Shown here piece by piece: positions 38,656 to 51,073 of a stretch of DNA of 64,000 nucleotides. Source of the DNA: Lingula anatina (taxonomy: Eukaryota > Animalia > Brachiopoda); the NCBI GenBank assembly GCA_051362555.1, contig CM120644.1, forward strand, positions 22,342,534 to 22,406,533. Direction: 5' to 3'. Within the stretch, counting starts at the first letter, position 1; the number at the start of each line of letters is the position of its first letter. The position numbers and the translations under genes are program-made. The notes under the pieces are model-generated. The model ran no database searches and was not told the origin of the DNA. It saw only the letters and a list, made by a program, of their open reading frames with translations.

Positions 38656-39192
38656 CCAGGGTTGATTGATAAGTAGTGAGCCTCATATAGAAGGGGTACA
38701 CATTTTACAAGTATTTTTCTTTATTTTTCAACATGGCCTCCTTGAATATCTATACACTTTTGCCAGCAAGTTTTGAGAGCCTCTATGCCACTTTTATAGA
38801 AGCCCCTCTCTTGGCTGTTCACAAACCCTCTACTTCACGTATGATGTCATCATCTGACACAAAGTGAGTACCTGAAAGGGCCTTTTTCAATTTGGGAAAT
38901 AGATAATAGTCAGAGGGAGGAAGATCAGGCAAATAAGGTGGATGTTCTATCAGTTCAAAGCCACACTCGTTGATTGCAGCCACGGCAATTACAGACTTGT
39001 GAGCAAGAGCATTGTCCTGGAGGAACAGTACACCTTTCCTGAGCTTTCCGCTGCCTCGTGGACATAGACTAACCAAATGACACCAAACTTCGGCTACACA
39101 CCTTTAAATAGTCAGGGAATAGAAGAGCTGAAAAGGGATATCCCTGCTTAACCCCTTCCACACAAGGCTCACTACTTATCAATTAACCCTCG
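38656..39192 (-). mobile_element. Deleted mariner element, copy 3 (essentially identical to copy 2)
   Basis: Same TIRs and the same 85-aa fragment as 12270..12527, at an offset of 26,549 bp. Confidence 0.93.
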
Positions 39193-39343
39193 TATATCAG
39201 ACACTTTATTGACTGAAGGAGAAGTAAAATTCTTCTGTTGGCCTGCATGGAGAACAGAAAAAGGGGGAAAACTTTGTTCTGATCTTCCAAAGATTACTTT
39301 TTTAAGAAATCTGAATGCTCCCTCTGCAGCCTTTGACTGTGCA

Positions 39344-39390
<47 letters not shown>

Positions 39391-40423
39391 CATAATATGG
39401 CAGACCATCTATGGTTATGTAATAAAACGAAACATTCTTTGAAATAAAATATGATTATTAATAGTGTGTCTTTGTACTTTACTGCATCAAAATATTGTCA
39501 GTTATTCAATTCATTAACTTGCAATGATGGCACTAAAAGTTAAGGAAAATAAATTTTTTATAGCATCTACCTGTAATAGAAAAGCAAGCTAGGGATGCTA
39601 GAAACCGTAGTTCGTTTCCCCTTACTTTGTACAGATGACATTCGTCCAATATGCTAATGTGGCTTGTCTTGGGTATCAATAGACGAATAGCATCGAACAC
39701 GAGTCTCTTACCCTTTTCACTGACACCATTGGTAACACAGTTGAAGCCAGTGAAATGATTCTTTTACGGTTGTAAGCGGAAAGGGTCAGATACCATCTCT
39801 AAAATTTACTGAAGGATGTTTCCGAGGGGAATCAGCTGATATTGCAACGCTTCGTTCACATTAAGTTCACTTCATCTTCACGAACAGTTGCCTTAAAAAC
39901 AATTCATTCTGAGCAGTTGTTGTTTATACCCCAGGGGAGCTTTGTGTCATTCATCACTGTGATCAAACATCAGATCTTGTTTTTTTTACCCTCATTTCTT
40001 CGTTGTTCGCAAAAGCAGGTGCATGTACTTCGACTTCAAAGATTTTTTTCACTTTGCTGAACAGTAGAACACTGGAAATAAAGGTGGTATTATAACAAGA
40101 AAACCAGGAATTAAAATGTGAATAATTGAAGTATAAGTTTTTTTTTTAATTAAAGGAGCTACAACCGCAGTACTGGCTTTTTGTGAATGCATACCACACT
40201 ATGAGAACAGATGTCTTTCTTGTAACAAGACGTTCAGGAGCAGCAGCAGCACTTATTGTTAACGCCATGAAGAAAGGAGACAGACGCCTGCTAGTTCTGT
40301 GACAAGTCATCCATGAGTAACACTACATATACATGGACCTGCAGAAACCAGGGCATATATTCTAAAACTAAGTCGAGGGCAGCAACACGGATGTAGATGA
40401 TTTGATAGGTCAATGAAAAGTCG

Positions 40424-42019
40424 ATGAAAAGGAATGAAATGGCTGGCATTGGAGAAAAACCATTCAAATGCCAGTGTTGTGAAAAGAGTTTTAGTGTCAA
40501 AAGTGCATGTGTACGACATGAAAAGACCCACACTAGAGAAAAACCATTCAAATGCCAGCTTTGTAAAAAGGGTTTTAGTTTTGAAAGATATTGCAAACAA
40601 CATGAAATGATCCACACTGAAGAAAGACCATATAAATGTTGTTTTTGTGAAAAAGGTTTTAGTGTCAAAAGCACATGTAAACAACATGAAATGATTCACA
40701 CTGGAGAAAAACCATTCAAATGCCAGTATTGTGAAAAAAGCTTTATTGCCAGAGATAAATGTAAACAACATGAAATGATCCACACTGGAGAAAGACCATT
40801 TAAATGTCAGTATTGTGAAAAGTGTTTTAGTGTCAAAAGCACATGTAAACAACATGAAATGATTCACAGTGGAGAAAATCCATTTAAATGCCAGTACTGT
40901 GAAAAGAATTTTACTTTCAAAAGTCAGTGTAAACAGCATGAAATGGTTCACACTGGAGAAAAGCCATTCAAATGCCAGTATTGTGATAAGAGTTTTAGTC
41001 ACAGAGGAACATGTATAAAACATGAAATGATTCACAGTGGAGAAAAACCATTTAAATGCCAGTACTGTGAAAAGAGTTTTAATATTAAACAGAATTGTAA
41101 AAGACATGAAATGACCCACAATATCAAAAAATCATTCAAATGCCAGTATTGTAAAAAGAGCTATAGTAATGAAAGTTCTTGCAAACAACATGAAATGATC
41201 CACACTGGAGAAAAGCCATGCAAATGCCAGTATTGTGATAAGAGTTTTAGTTTCAAAAGTGCATGTGTACGACATGAAAGGATCCACACTGGAGAAAAAC
41301 CATTCAAATGTCAGTATTGTGAAAAGTGTTTTATTGAAAAACGGAAGCGCATACTGCATGAAGTGACCCACACTGGAGAAAAACCATTCAAATGCCAGTA
41401 TTGTGAAAAGAGTTTTAGTTTTGAAAGAGCTTGCAAGAAACATGAAATGATCCACACTAGAGAAAAGCCATTCAAATGCCAGTATTGTGATAAGAGTTTT
41501 AGTTTCAAAAGCACATGTGTACGACATGAAAGGACCCACACTGGAGAAAAACCATTCAAATGTCAGTATTGTGAAAAGTGTTTTATTGAAAAACGGAAGC
41601 GCATACTGCATGAAATGACCCACACTGGAGAAAAACCATTCAAATGCCAGTATTGTGAAAAAGGTTTTATTGAAAAACAAAGTTGTATAGTACATGAAAA
41701 AACTCACTCTGACCAAAAATTATTCAAATGCCTGCATTGTGAAGAAAGTTTTAGCGTCAAAAATAAATGTGAACAACATGAAATGATTCATGCCTTCTCA
41801 GCCTATAAAAAGGAATTTGAAGAAGAGGATAATAGGACAGTGGTTTCACTACAGTCTATAAAAAAAGAATTCCAAGATGGTTATATGCCACATGTTACAA
41901 AAGTAGGAACAGAATCTGAAGTCAAAATTGAGTTAAACAATGACAATGCTCCAGAAGTGAGACCTGAGATCTATCCAGTAGCAATGTTTAGAAATGTGTT
42001 TGCAGACACTGATGATTGA
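40424..42019 (+). CDS. C2H2 zinc-finger gene F (16 fingers plus acidic tail)
   Basis: Intact 531-aa ORF. Its tail is of the gene-A type (HAFS.YKKEFEE.DNRTVV). Confidence 0.92.
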   Translation: MKRNEMAGIGEKPFKCQCCEKSFSVKSACVRHEKTHTREKPFKCQLCKKGFSFERYCKQHEMIHTEERPYKCCFCEKGFSVKSTCKQHEMIHTGEKPFKCQYCEKSFIARDKCKQHEMIHTGERPFKCQYCEKCFSVKSTCKQHEMIHSGENPFKCQYCEKNFTFKSQCKQHEMVHTGEKPFKCQYCDKSFSHRGTCIKHEMIHSGEKPFKCQYCEKSFNIKQNCKRHEMTHNIKKSFKCQYCKKSYSNESSCKQHEMIHTGEKPCKCQYCDKSFSFKSACVRHERIHTGEKPFKCQYCEKCFIEKRKRILHEVTHTGEKPFKCQYCEKSFSFERACKKHEMIHTREKPFKCQYCDKSFSFKSTCVRHERTHTGEKPFKCQYCEKCFIEKRKRILHEMTHTGEKPFKCQYCEKGFIEKQSCIVHEKTHSDQKLFKCLHCEESFSVKNKCEQHEMIHAFSAYKKEFEEEDNRTVVSLQSIKKEFQDGYMPHVTKVGTESEVKIELNNDNAPEVRPEIYPVAMFRNVFADTDD

Positions 42020-43416
42020 TGAATGATAATATAATAAATAATAGACTTAGATCATGGGTATAAGATTGAAGTATAAGATTAATAATTGCATGCCTAGCAC
42101 TGAAATAGAAATGACTGAAGTAAAATCAATGAACTTTTTTCTCTTTATTTCAATTTTTTCAAAGTGTGAGTTACAGAAACTGTTTGGTAGTTAGCAGACG
42201 TTAGAATGTACGTCTATGCACTTCGGTAGCTGAATGTAAGGTGGTTTAAAGCAGAGAATAGTTTGCAAATCGATGGCAGCAAATGAAACCACATAAAAGT
42301 GGCATTTTTATAGAAAACGTAAATGGTTCAATAAAAGATACATTTTTAAACATTTGTCCTTGGGGGGGGGGGGGGGGGGGGATTTGCGAGACAATTTTTT
42401 CGTTCCGTTTGTCTGTTAATTTATTTATTAATAAAAGTTGTTAAATAATGAGTATTGACCGAATTTACTGATCTATTATCAGTTGAATCGTAATAATGCA
42501 AATTTGCTAATTAGGTAACTGAAAAATAATAACGGTGGCAATAAGAAACGGCAATAAGACCTTTCTTGGGATCAATTGCAATTATTACCAACTAAGCTAA
42601 CAAACTCCCTTTTTTTTTTCTATTGAGAAAAAATAGGCCCGGTAAAATCTGATTTCCTCAAATTTGGGGTCTGTCATCAATATCGCTTGGTTTTGCTGTC
42701 TCTGACCAAGGTCCCCTCCTCTTTTGTCGGAGTAAGTGAGTGTTTTAACAAAAAGTACATTATTAACCTGCTTAATTCACTCTTAGCAAGTCTAAAAGTT
42801 CTTAAGCAATGGTCTCCTCCGTCCATGGAGAAGAAATTGAAGTGGACAGTCAAGCCAATTGTCGGTCAATGAGAACAATAGCCACAAGCGTCATCCACTT
42901 GTGCCACAGGTTTTGTCCTTAACATTGCATGGACGCAACGCGGGCGTTGTCTTTGTGATTTAAACAGTGAGATGATTTATGCGAGATAAATTTGGCCTTT
43001 ACAAGGAATTTAATTAATTTCCCAAAGTATAACATGTCCGGGGCCGAACGCTCCCATAAAGTCAACACAGGATGAAGTAGAAGTGTCATCTGTTGATTTA
43101 TGGTTGGGTTTTTGTGGTTAAGAGGAGTGAATAACATTGTTCTTGACAAAACAGATTTTTCCCCTGGTACGTTGTTGCCACAAATTTATCTTATATCTAA
43201 AATAAATACTGAAATCTATCTCCACTCTAATGAAATAATGTCATTATTAAATGATTAAATCGACAATATGTTCACAACAGAGGGTAAAGTTTGTTGCATA
43301 AAGATGTTTTGCGTTCATTTGCATTTTTTAATTTGTGAATGACACCGAGAAAAATTGGATACATCTCTATTTAACTCTATTATAGGGCCTACTTTAATTA
43401 ATATTGCTACACAAGT

Positions 43417-43624
43417 CAGGGGCGGATTTAGGCCGTCTTCTGGGTCTTCCAGAAGACGGCCTAAATCCGCAGACCGTTTTCTGGGTCTTCCAGAAGACGG
43501 TCAGAGTTTCAAGTTTACATTGATGGGTATCGATTTTTTCTGTCGGAAGACGGTCAAAAATGGAGGATGGGTCAACAAAGTTACTTTGGAAGACCGTCAG
43601 AAAATATATTTGAATCCGCCCCTG
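43417..43624. mobile_element. 208-bp hAT-like MITE with an internal perfect hairpin
   Basis: TIR CAGGGGCGGATT / AATCCGCCCCTG, flanked by CAAGT on both sides. Perfect 22-bp inverted repeat at 43422-43470. Confidence 0.7.
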
Positions 43625-44596
43625 CAAGTGGGAGCTACGGCAGCTCAACAAGTGGAAGATAGAAATTCCTCAATTCTTCTACAGTGTATTCCTCCTCCAA
43701 AGTCAGTCTGGAATTAATGATATGTCGTTTTTATTTCTATTTTATACATGTAGACCTTTTCAATACCATAACATACACTGTGGTTCTATGAAATTAACGT
43801 CTATCAAGTGCTGACGTTGTTTCTGTGCCGGGGACAAAAAACTGCCCATTTTCAAAACTACTTTTTTTCCCCTAAGATTATCATAAATCGAGCAGTGCAT
43901 TGCCCTGTTGTATGAAACATACATCGTATAGCGTCATTGTTGCCTGGCAACCGTGATATTTTAAACACTTATCAAGGTATCCTCCTCCTTGAATATATAT
44001 TTTAATAATGTATTGCGGTGTTCATGAAAAAACGCCAATCCTTCGTTTAATATACCTGGACGCTGGATGATTTGTGAACACTTTTTTCCTACAAAGATGT
44101 AAAATGTTTATGAAAACATTCAGAAAACAACGCCTGTTATAGACTGCTCTCAGTGAAACAAATTTTATATAGGTGCCATTTGTGAAAATCTTTTCATATA
44201 TGTTTGTGTTTAGATTTCCATTGGTTTTTATCTTTTTTTTTTTTTTTTTTTTTTGCATTCGTTCATGATTAATTATATCATGCTGTGTTTTACAGTATTC
44301 TAGCTTACGACCTGCTTATGTATCTTGTCCTCCACCTTTCCTCACGTGTAAGCAAACGCGATACAAAAAAATAATAGCATGTTTTTCAAAGATCCATCAT
44401 TAAATTGTTGTCGTACAAAAGTGGTTCACCTAAAACCTACGACCTGTGCACTTACGGGGTACACTGAAGGTGAAGTTACCAAGACAACGAGACAAGCCCT
44501 AAAGCGCGCTAAATGACAAGGGCACGTGGACAGCCATAAAATACGTTCAAGTAGGAAATTGTCAAAATAAATAATGAGCTCTCTTTCTGAAACAGG

Positions 44597-44603
44597 TATA
44601 AAA
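44597..44603 (+). promoter_or_regulatory. Candidate TATA box of the secreted-protein gene
   Basis: TATAAAA 76 bp upstream of the signal-peptide ATG at 44673. Confidence 0.45.
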
Positions 44604-44672
44604 CCATAAGCATATTAAACTAATGACTCTATATCTCACCCAGTCAGTTTGGATCTTCTTCCTCTAGTAAAG

Positions 44673-47600
44673 ATGTCATCGAAATTTGGAGCGCTGTTGG
44701 TTGCCCTGATGGCAACTTTATCCTCAGTAAGCAGCGAGCCCGGTGAGTCCTCCAAGGAAGCTTAATGGTTTCTCACACTCAGTTTCTCCGCTGTTGTTGT
44801 TGTTGTGTTGTGTTTTTAAGCTAAATACTTGTTTTAACCCAGCCAATTCAATTTTTAAAAACAATTAAAACGAATCGGGTCATAATTTAAAATAGTATTT
44901 TAAAAATAAATTTTGTTTCGCAGTGTTTGCTAATCTACGTTTAGAGATGAATATACAATTGACAGCATATGTTATTTTCAAACGATTCCGAAAGAATCTG
45001 AATGCCAAGAAAAGATTGTTTCAAGAGGAAAGCTTCGAATCTTTTACTCTTGTTTTATGTTATTTCATTTATTTAATAATTTTTGACGATTTTTCTCTTT
45101 TTAGAGAAGAATTGTAGTTACTATGGCGAGTACTTGCGAGATACCAGCAACCGTTGCTATTTCTACCAGTGTGAGAGCGACCTGACCCCTATACGTCAAC
45201 GCTGTGCCCCAGGAACCACGGTGAAGGACGACTTTGTGGCCACAGAGAATGACGCCAACCCCTGCCAGGGACCGAATTTGGTAAATACTAAGGAAGCATT
45301 CACATCGAGAAGAGCCGAAGTCTTGTAAGGCCGCGACCTAAATATGGCGGAACTACATGAAGGGAAGACCGCTAATCTTTTAATGGTCTCTCCGCCTCTT
45401 ACACGCCCCCACGCATTGTCCCTCGACCGGTTGAATTGAGCTGAGATTTAATTACTGTGCTCCTGCAGGGACGACGCGTGGTGAGGATTAACAGGATTAG
45501 CGGTTTTCCTTTCATGTAGGTCCGCCATATTTAGGTCACGGCCTTACTAGACCTCGGCCCTTCTCAATGTGAATGCTCCCAAAGCCACACCCAGTCTAGG
45601 TCAATGGAACTCTGATCTTGATAAATAAATGATAAGTTAAATGTACAGTATACATCTGTAACTTTAGGTAAAGATATGATTGTTCAAAGATTTATTTAGC
45701 CAGTAAATATAATAAGAAATGCACTACACCGGGAAGCCATAAAGCTTTGTGTAAGCGTCGCTGTGTTAAAAATGTGAAGAGTTATGCGTTAGTCTGGATG
45801 ACTGGTGCTATATTTTGGCCAAATTGCTCAAAATGTGGAAAAAGCATGAAACTTGGCACAAATGTTCTTTGGTCTATACTCATTTTCAAGGGCAGTGCCC
45901 AAAATTTCAATGCGTTGCTTAGCAACCGTTGCTATGGAAGTGAATTTTCTTAGTAACAAGCTAATTTGACCTTTCTGGTCCAGTTTAAATTGTTTAGAAA
46001 TGCTAATAACTATGTTTCAGGGCATCAGAACTGTCACTTGACTATTTTAAGGCAATTAAAACCCAAATTAACCTTAACTACGATTGCTAGGCAGCATATA
46101 TTACCCTAGCAACAAGCATTTAAAGTTGCGTTAGTCTATTAAGTAAGGCAAATCTATAATACTAGCTAAGAACTACACTTTTGAGCAAGATGTTCATACT
46201 TTTAATCCAGTAAGTTGAAACAATTGTGTGATGTTTACACACATCCGATCAGAAACATTAATTACCAGTGCAGATACTTAAGGCAGCATGTTCAAAGTTA
46301 GTAACCAGCCATTTCCATGCTTTTATCACCTTACGACTCTTTATAAAACTTTGCAATAGTGAAGACGTTAAATTCTCCCTTGTATGTGCAATATACAGTG
46401 CATTTTGCCCTTGCACATTGTCAGCCTCTACATTTGCACCTACATGCACACTGGAGCAACTCTGGGCAGGTGAATAGCTTCTGGCAAATGTGTCCACAAG
46501 GGTCCACTGTTCCGCACAAGTCCAACCAGAGTGAGCACATGGTATCTGATGACATGGCACCGTAGTGCTGATTCAGATATGTTCATCTCGCAAGAATACT
46601 GTTATATTGTTGTAGAGCAGTTTTGGTGGAAGTAAGATATGGCATCTAACGGCCTTTGGGTGTGAACAGAAACTTTTGAAATTCATTGATTAACAAAAAG
46701 AATTAAAATAGAACCATGCAGGTGTACTTAAGTTACTTGGTAGAGAATAGAAACTGACAAAATGAAATACAATGTGAAAAAACTTTTTAGAAAATATTGA
46801 ACAAAATGAAAAATATCTTGGAAATCTGGTCTCTGAGAAACCTTTCAATAATAGGAAAGTCAACAGTGGTTAAACCTTTAGTATTTCTCATCTTACGTTG
46901 TGCACGTATAAACTCTCCTACCAGCCCCCCCTCCCTCAATACTTAAAAATATGCATATCATATGTAACTTTATCAGGAATGGGACAAGTTTCAAAATAAA
47001 ATGAGCAAGGGTGGCATCTGATTACAAAAATGGACGGTAAAAGGTACCGCAAAGGCCCTAAACTTTACATGGCTTAAAGACTTCTTTATGAAGAAAATAA
47101 GAGTAAGTGGAGAGCGTTTTTCTCGGCGAAATGTCAGGAATCGGTAGTAACAAAAGGTGGATTAAAAATACTAAAAGCAACTTCTTATCCCTTTTGGCAA
47201 AGATTATTGGTTCTTTGAGTGAAATTCAGGAAAATTTCAATTTAACCCCAGATGAAATCCTTTCACAACCATTATGTCAAAACTCAAAAATTGAAAGAAA
47301 TTGCAAAAACTATTTTCCATAAAAGATGGTGTAAAAATGTTTTTTTTTTACATCAATGATATTATAAATGACATATGAAATCCCCTCTGTCTAGAGGAAC
47401 TCAACAAAAAATCAACCTTAACACTAAATTTCTAGGATAATTCAGCATCCAGAAGAGCTTACCATCTGAATGGCTATCTCTTCCCATGGAAGTAAATTGA
47501 GCATAGCAATCCAAGAAATTATTGACTCAATTAAACAAGTTACCAAACCATCCAGATATTTTTTCGCAAAAAATCCTCCAAAGCCATAAAATATCACCAG

Positions 47601-49977
47601 ATAAAGGTGTAGGTGAATGGCAGACATATTTAAAAAAACCTTGAGTACTGATAATTGGGAACTAACATTTAAGAAACAGATCACAAGAAAATGAAGTTGC
47701 TCCAATTCAGAATAAATCATAGAATATTCAATACTTATGCTTATCTTATGAATTTGAGAATTTTGCAATACTGCAAGGGAAAATATTCTGTACGTTTTTT
47801 GGGATTGTCCACATGTAAAAAATGTTTGGATGTGCATCATTTGCCCCGTTAAAGATAATTTAGGTGTGGTCATTGATAGATCTGCAGAGATATTTGTATT
47901 TGGGTTTGTGCAAGCATACACTATTTATGTACCTATCTTAATAATTAAGAAGCATGTTAGTATATGTAGAATGGGAACAGAAAGATCTGGGAACAGAAGG
48001 AACTGGAGGGTATGTAAAATGCTACAGAGATATCTGTATATATATTATTAAATATATATTATTAAATATATAATGTTAAATACTTGTTGCTAGGGTAATA
48101 TGCTGCCTAGCAACTGTTGCAATGGTTTACTTGGGTTTTTAATGCCTTAAAATAGCATAGTGATAGTTCTGATGGCTTGAAACATTATTAAAAGTCTTTT
48201 AAAATCATTTTAACTGAACAAGAAAGGTCCAATTAGCTTGTTACTAAGGTAAATCACTTCCTTAGCAACGGTTGGGCACTACCCTTGAAAATGATCAGCA
48301 TAGTCCAAAGAACATTTGTGCCAAGTTTCATGCTTTTTCCACCTTTTGAGCAATTTTTGCACCAGTCATCTAGACTATTTAGGAGTTTGCGTTAAAAGGG
48401 AATATTTACAGCTGATGAATATATCGAACATTCTACTTCTCTTAAAAAGTTGGAAATTACAAATATAGTAACAGATTTATAAAACTTGGAGCAACTGTTA
48501 AACATACCCCGTACACCATCAAAAATGAACCGCTCGATTAAGAATAAGAGGTCTGATTAACTTAGGGTCATTGTAAAGGGTACTTTGATTACATGTTTTG
48601 TTATCTTGTTCCTTTGGCGAGAGAGAATCCAGAATCGAGTTTTTGAAAGGCCTAACAATGGAGATGTTTACTTTCAGCCGTGCACGTCTGACGGGACGTG
48701 GTCTGATTGGTCAGACTGGGGCGAGTGCAGCGTCACCTGTGGAAGTGGAGTGCAGAAGAGCACACGTGACTGTCTACCCGCTGGCGCTACCTGTGATGGA
48801 GACGCAATCAGAACGCAAGAATGCCGCAGAGTAACTTGCGGTAATTTACTGTTTTACAGTTAAATGGTTTTTACAGTTAATCATGACAACGATTGCCCAT
48901 TTACCAGAAACACTCTAACAAAAATGTTTTTAGAGCCTGGACTAACATGTCCCTCAGAAGATTACCGAACCGTTATCAGACTATGTCCAGAAGGATGTTG
49001 GCCATATCGAGATCAAATGACTATATTTATACTGACATAATAACATGCGTTATACTAACTTGAAATGACCAATTTTTACTAAAATTCAAATTGAAAAACC
49101 TAACAAAACTCGCTGTTGTTCACCTTAAAGCAAAATGGTGCAGTACTATTGTCACCCTCCTGTAGATACTATTTTTATACTGTCTAACGCGGCAGTGCTA
49201 GGGCATTTTTTTAACAGAGGCCAAGGCCTTATACGAGTCTCCAACTGATACTTTTTCAAAAGTCTTGATCCAACCTATTTTTGGAGGTAACTGTAGGTCG
49301 AATACATTGTCGATGTTCAAATGGTAACTGGATTGAAACGTTCTGTGTTGTGCCAACCAGGTTCATGGCTTCTTCGGCGCTTGTCCATCCTTCTTAAAAG
49401 GAAAACACTGACAATCTGGCTAGCGCTAATTATCAGACCGAGGATTAAAGTAGTTTGCAAAAGAAGTTAATTCCTTATTTTTGATATCTGGATATGTGCT
49501 TAATTGGCTGACCGGGTTGAAAACGATGAAAAAATATCAAAGAATCAGAAGGACACCCAAACATTGTTTATCGGTCTGTCAGGAGGCGGAGAGAGTGTAA
49601 CTTTATTGTCGCCGTGCAATGATCGCCATTGGTTGCTGCGATGGTACAGAAAACTAATAGCAGATTCTAACAGATTACGCAAACATCGCTGAAAGGTCGC
49701 TTTGCTTCCCAATGCTATATTATATTATATTATATTATATTATATTATATTATATTATATTATATAAGAACAAAAAAGTAATGCTCATTTTCAGACTGTT
49801 CTTCGTTGAGTTACGTTGTGTTGGACCAACAGTGGAGAAGCCTGAATTTTACTCGATTCGACGGTGGTGAGCCGAAACACTGCGACAGGGACGGATGGGC
49901 CAGTCAGTGGTATCGGTTCTCAGGGGCAGCCGGGACCAAAATGCCAAACTGGGTAAGAACCTCAGCAGGTTGTGTGT

Positions 49978-50023
<46 letters not shown>

Positions 50024-51073
50024 TGGAGGGGTTAATGTAACAATAAAATTATTCATAGAGCAAGCACATGCGATTTATACTACTACAGCTCTAATATTAC
50101 CACTGCACTGCACACAGAGTGTAACAATCGTATTGTCAACCTTTGAATGCCACTTTAAATCTGAAGTCCACACGTGGATTGTCTGTCAACATTCTTGTTC
50201 ATAAAGAGGCAGAAACTCTACCCTCTACCAGGGTGGCAGATATTTTTCGGAAAAATTGAAAAAGCCAGAGAATGAAATGACTGTCTATTTATCTAAAGAC
50301 ATATCTGTGAATATCTTGTGAAAAATCAATCCGTCGCCCTGGTAGAGGGTGCAGAAACGCCATGATTTGCCTACCCAAAGCCCAGGACTGTCAATGAGAT
50401 TTTTTCACAACCAATATCCGATCTGACTGAAACTTGGCAAGTTGGAGGAAGTCGTGACTTAAACAGAGTCCCCATACCTAGATCGATCTAACAGTTCGAA
50501 CCATCTCCAAGGGGTTTCTCGCTGAATTGCTTTCAGCTTAAACAGCTTAGATACTGTATATGGTGCACCTACTGAAGCTGCTAAACGTTAATCAATTACC
50601 TCCTGGCAGATTGATTAGGCGAGACAGACATTTAAGCCGCTTAAGTTGACAGCAATTTAGCGAGAATAATCCCCTCTGAGATAGATCGATCCATAATTAG
50701 TACGGCAGGGTCTGGGAATGGTCCCTTAAGTATCAGGTCACACGGTTTGATGACAAACTACCCAAAATTAAAAAAAAAAAAAAAGAAAAACCTATCTATT
50801 GGCCATGTCTGCATTAATTGTTCTTTACCCCCTCTGCTTATCTTTATGTAGTGCGTGCCTGACTATCAATGCGGAACCGACGCCCCAGTGTGGATAAACG
50901 GCGCTGACCCCGCACCAGAAGATGGCGCTGTCGACCGTCAGGCATGCGCACACTGGACTGGCAATTGCTGCAGGTGGTCTATGAATGTTCAAGTTCTCAA
51001 CTGCGAGGAGTACTTTCTGTACTATCTACCAGCGCCTACTGTGTGTTCGCTTGTCTATTGCGGCGAAGATTAG
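44673..51073 (+). CDS. Secreted protein: signal peptide, chitin-binding type-2 (CBM14)-like, TSP1 and uromodulin/GP2/OIT3-like D8C domains (262 aa, 5 exons)
   Basis: Exons 44673-44742, 45105-45280, 48678-48840, 49795-49952 and 50852-51073 splice in frame (789 nt). Hallmarks: MSSKFGALLVALMATLSSVSS; C..FYQC..CAPGT; WSDWSDWGECSVTCGSG; WYRFSGAAG..MP..CGTDAPVW..CAHW..CC.W..V.V.NC..YYL..C..YC. Confidence 0.85.
45292..45580. mobile_element. Palindromic MITE of about 290 bp (PIF/Harbinger-like)
   Basis: Long imperfect inverted arms starting GGAAGCATTCACAT and ending ATGTGAATGCTCCC, with TAA/AAA flanks. It lies 11 bp downstream of a splice donor. Confidence 0.7.
45790..48377 (-). mobile_element. Decayed Academ-like DNA transposon (2.6 kb) in intron 2
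   Basis: TAG...CTA termini with imperfect TIRs of about 300 bp (TAGTCT(G/A)GATGACTGGTGC...). A broken minus-strand remnant at about 46370-46670 reads LLPP..., GW..., LWTHLPEA, ELLQCACRCKC..C....CTVYC, resembling the Cys-rich C-terminus of Academ transposases. No intact TSD. Confidence 0.65.
50220..50350. mobile_element. MITE of about 130 bp with 11-bp TSD (MULE-like), copy 1
   Basis: TIR ACCCTCTACCAGGG. Flanks GCAGAAACTCT / GCAGAAACGCC. Confidence 0.72.

Noticed and set aside
2585-41716. Many long minus-strand and shifted-frame ORFs (FTILAFEWFFSSV..., MKGPTLEKNHSNV...)
   Set aside because: They are antisense or alternative-frame shadows of the 84-bp zinc-finger repeats and coincide exactly with the ZF ORFs.
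43939-43951. X-box-like palindrome GTTGCCTGGCAAC
   Set aside because: A single short motif with no supporting context.
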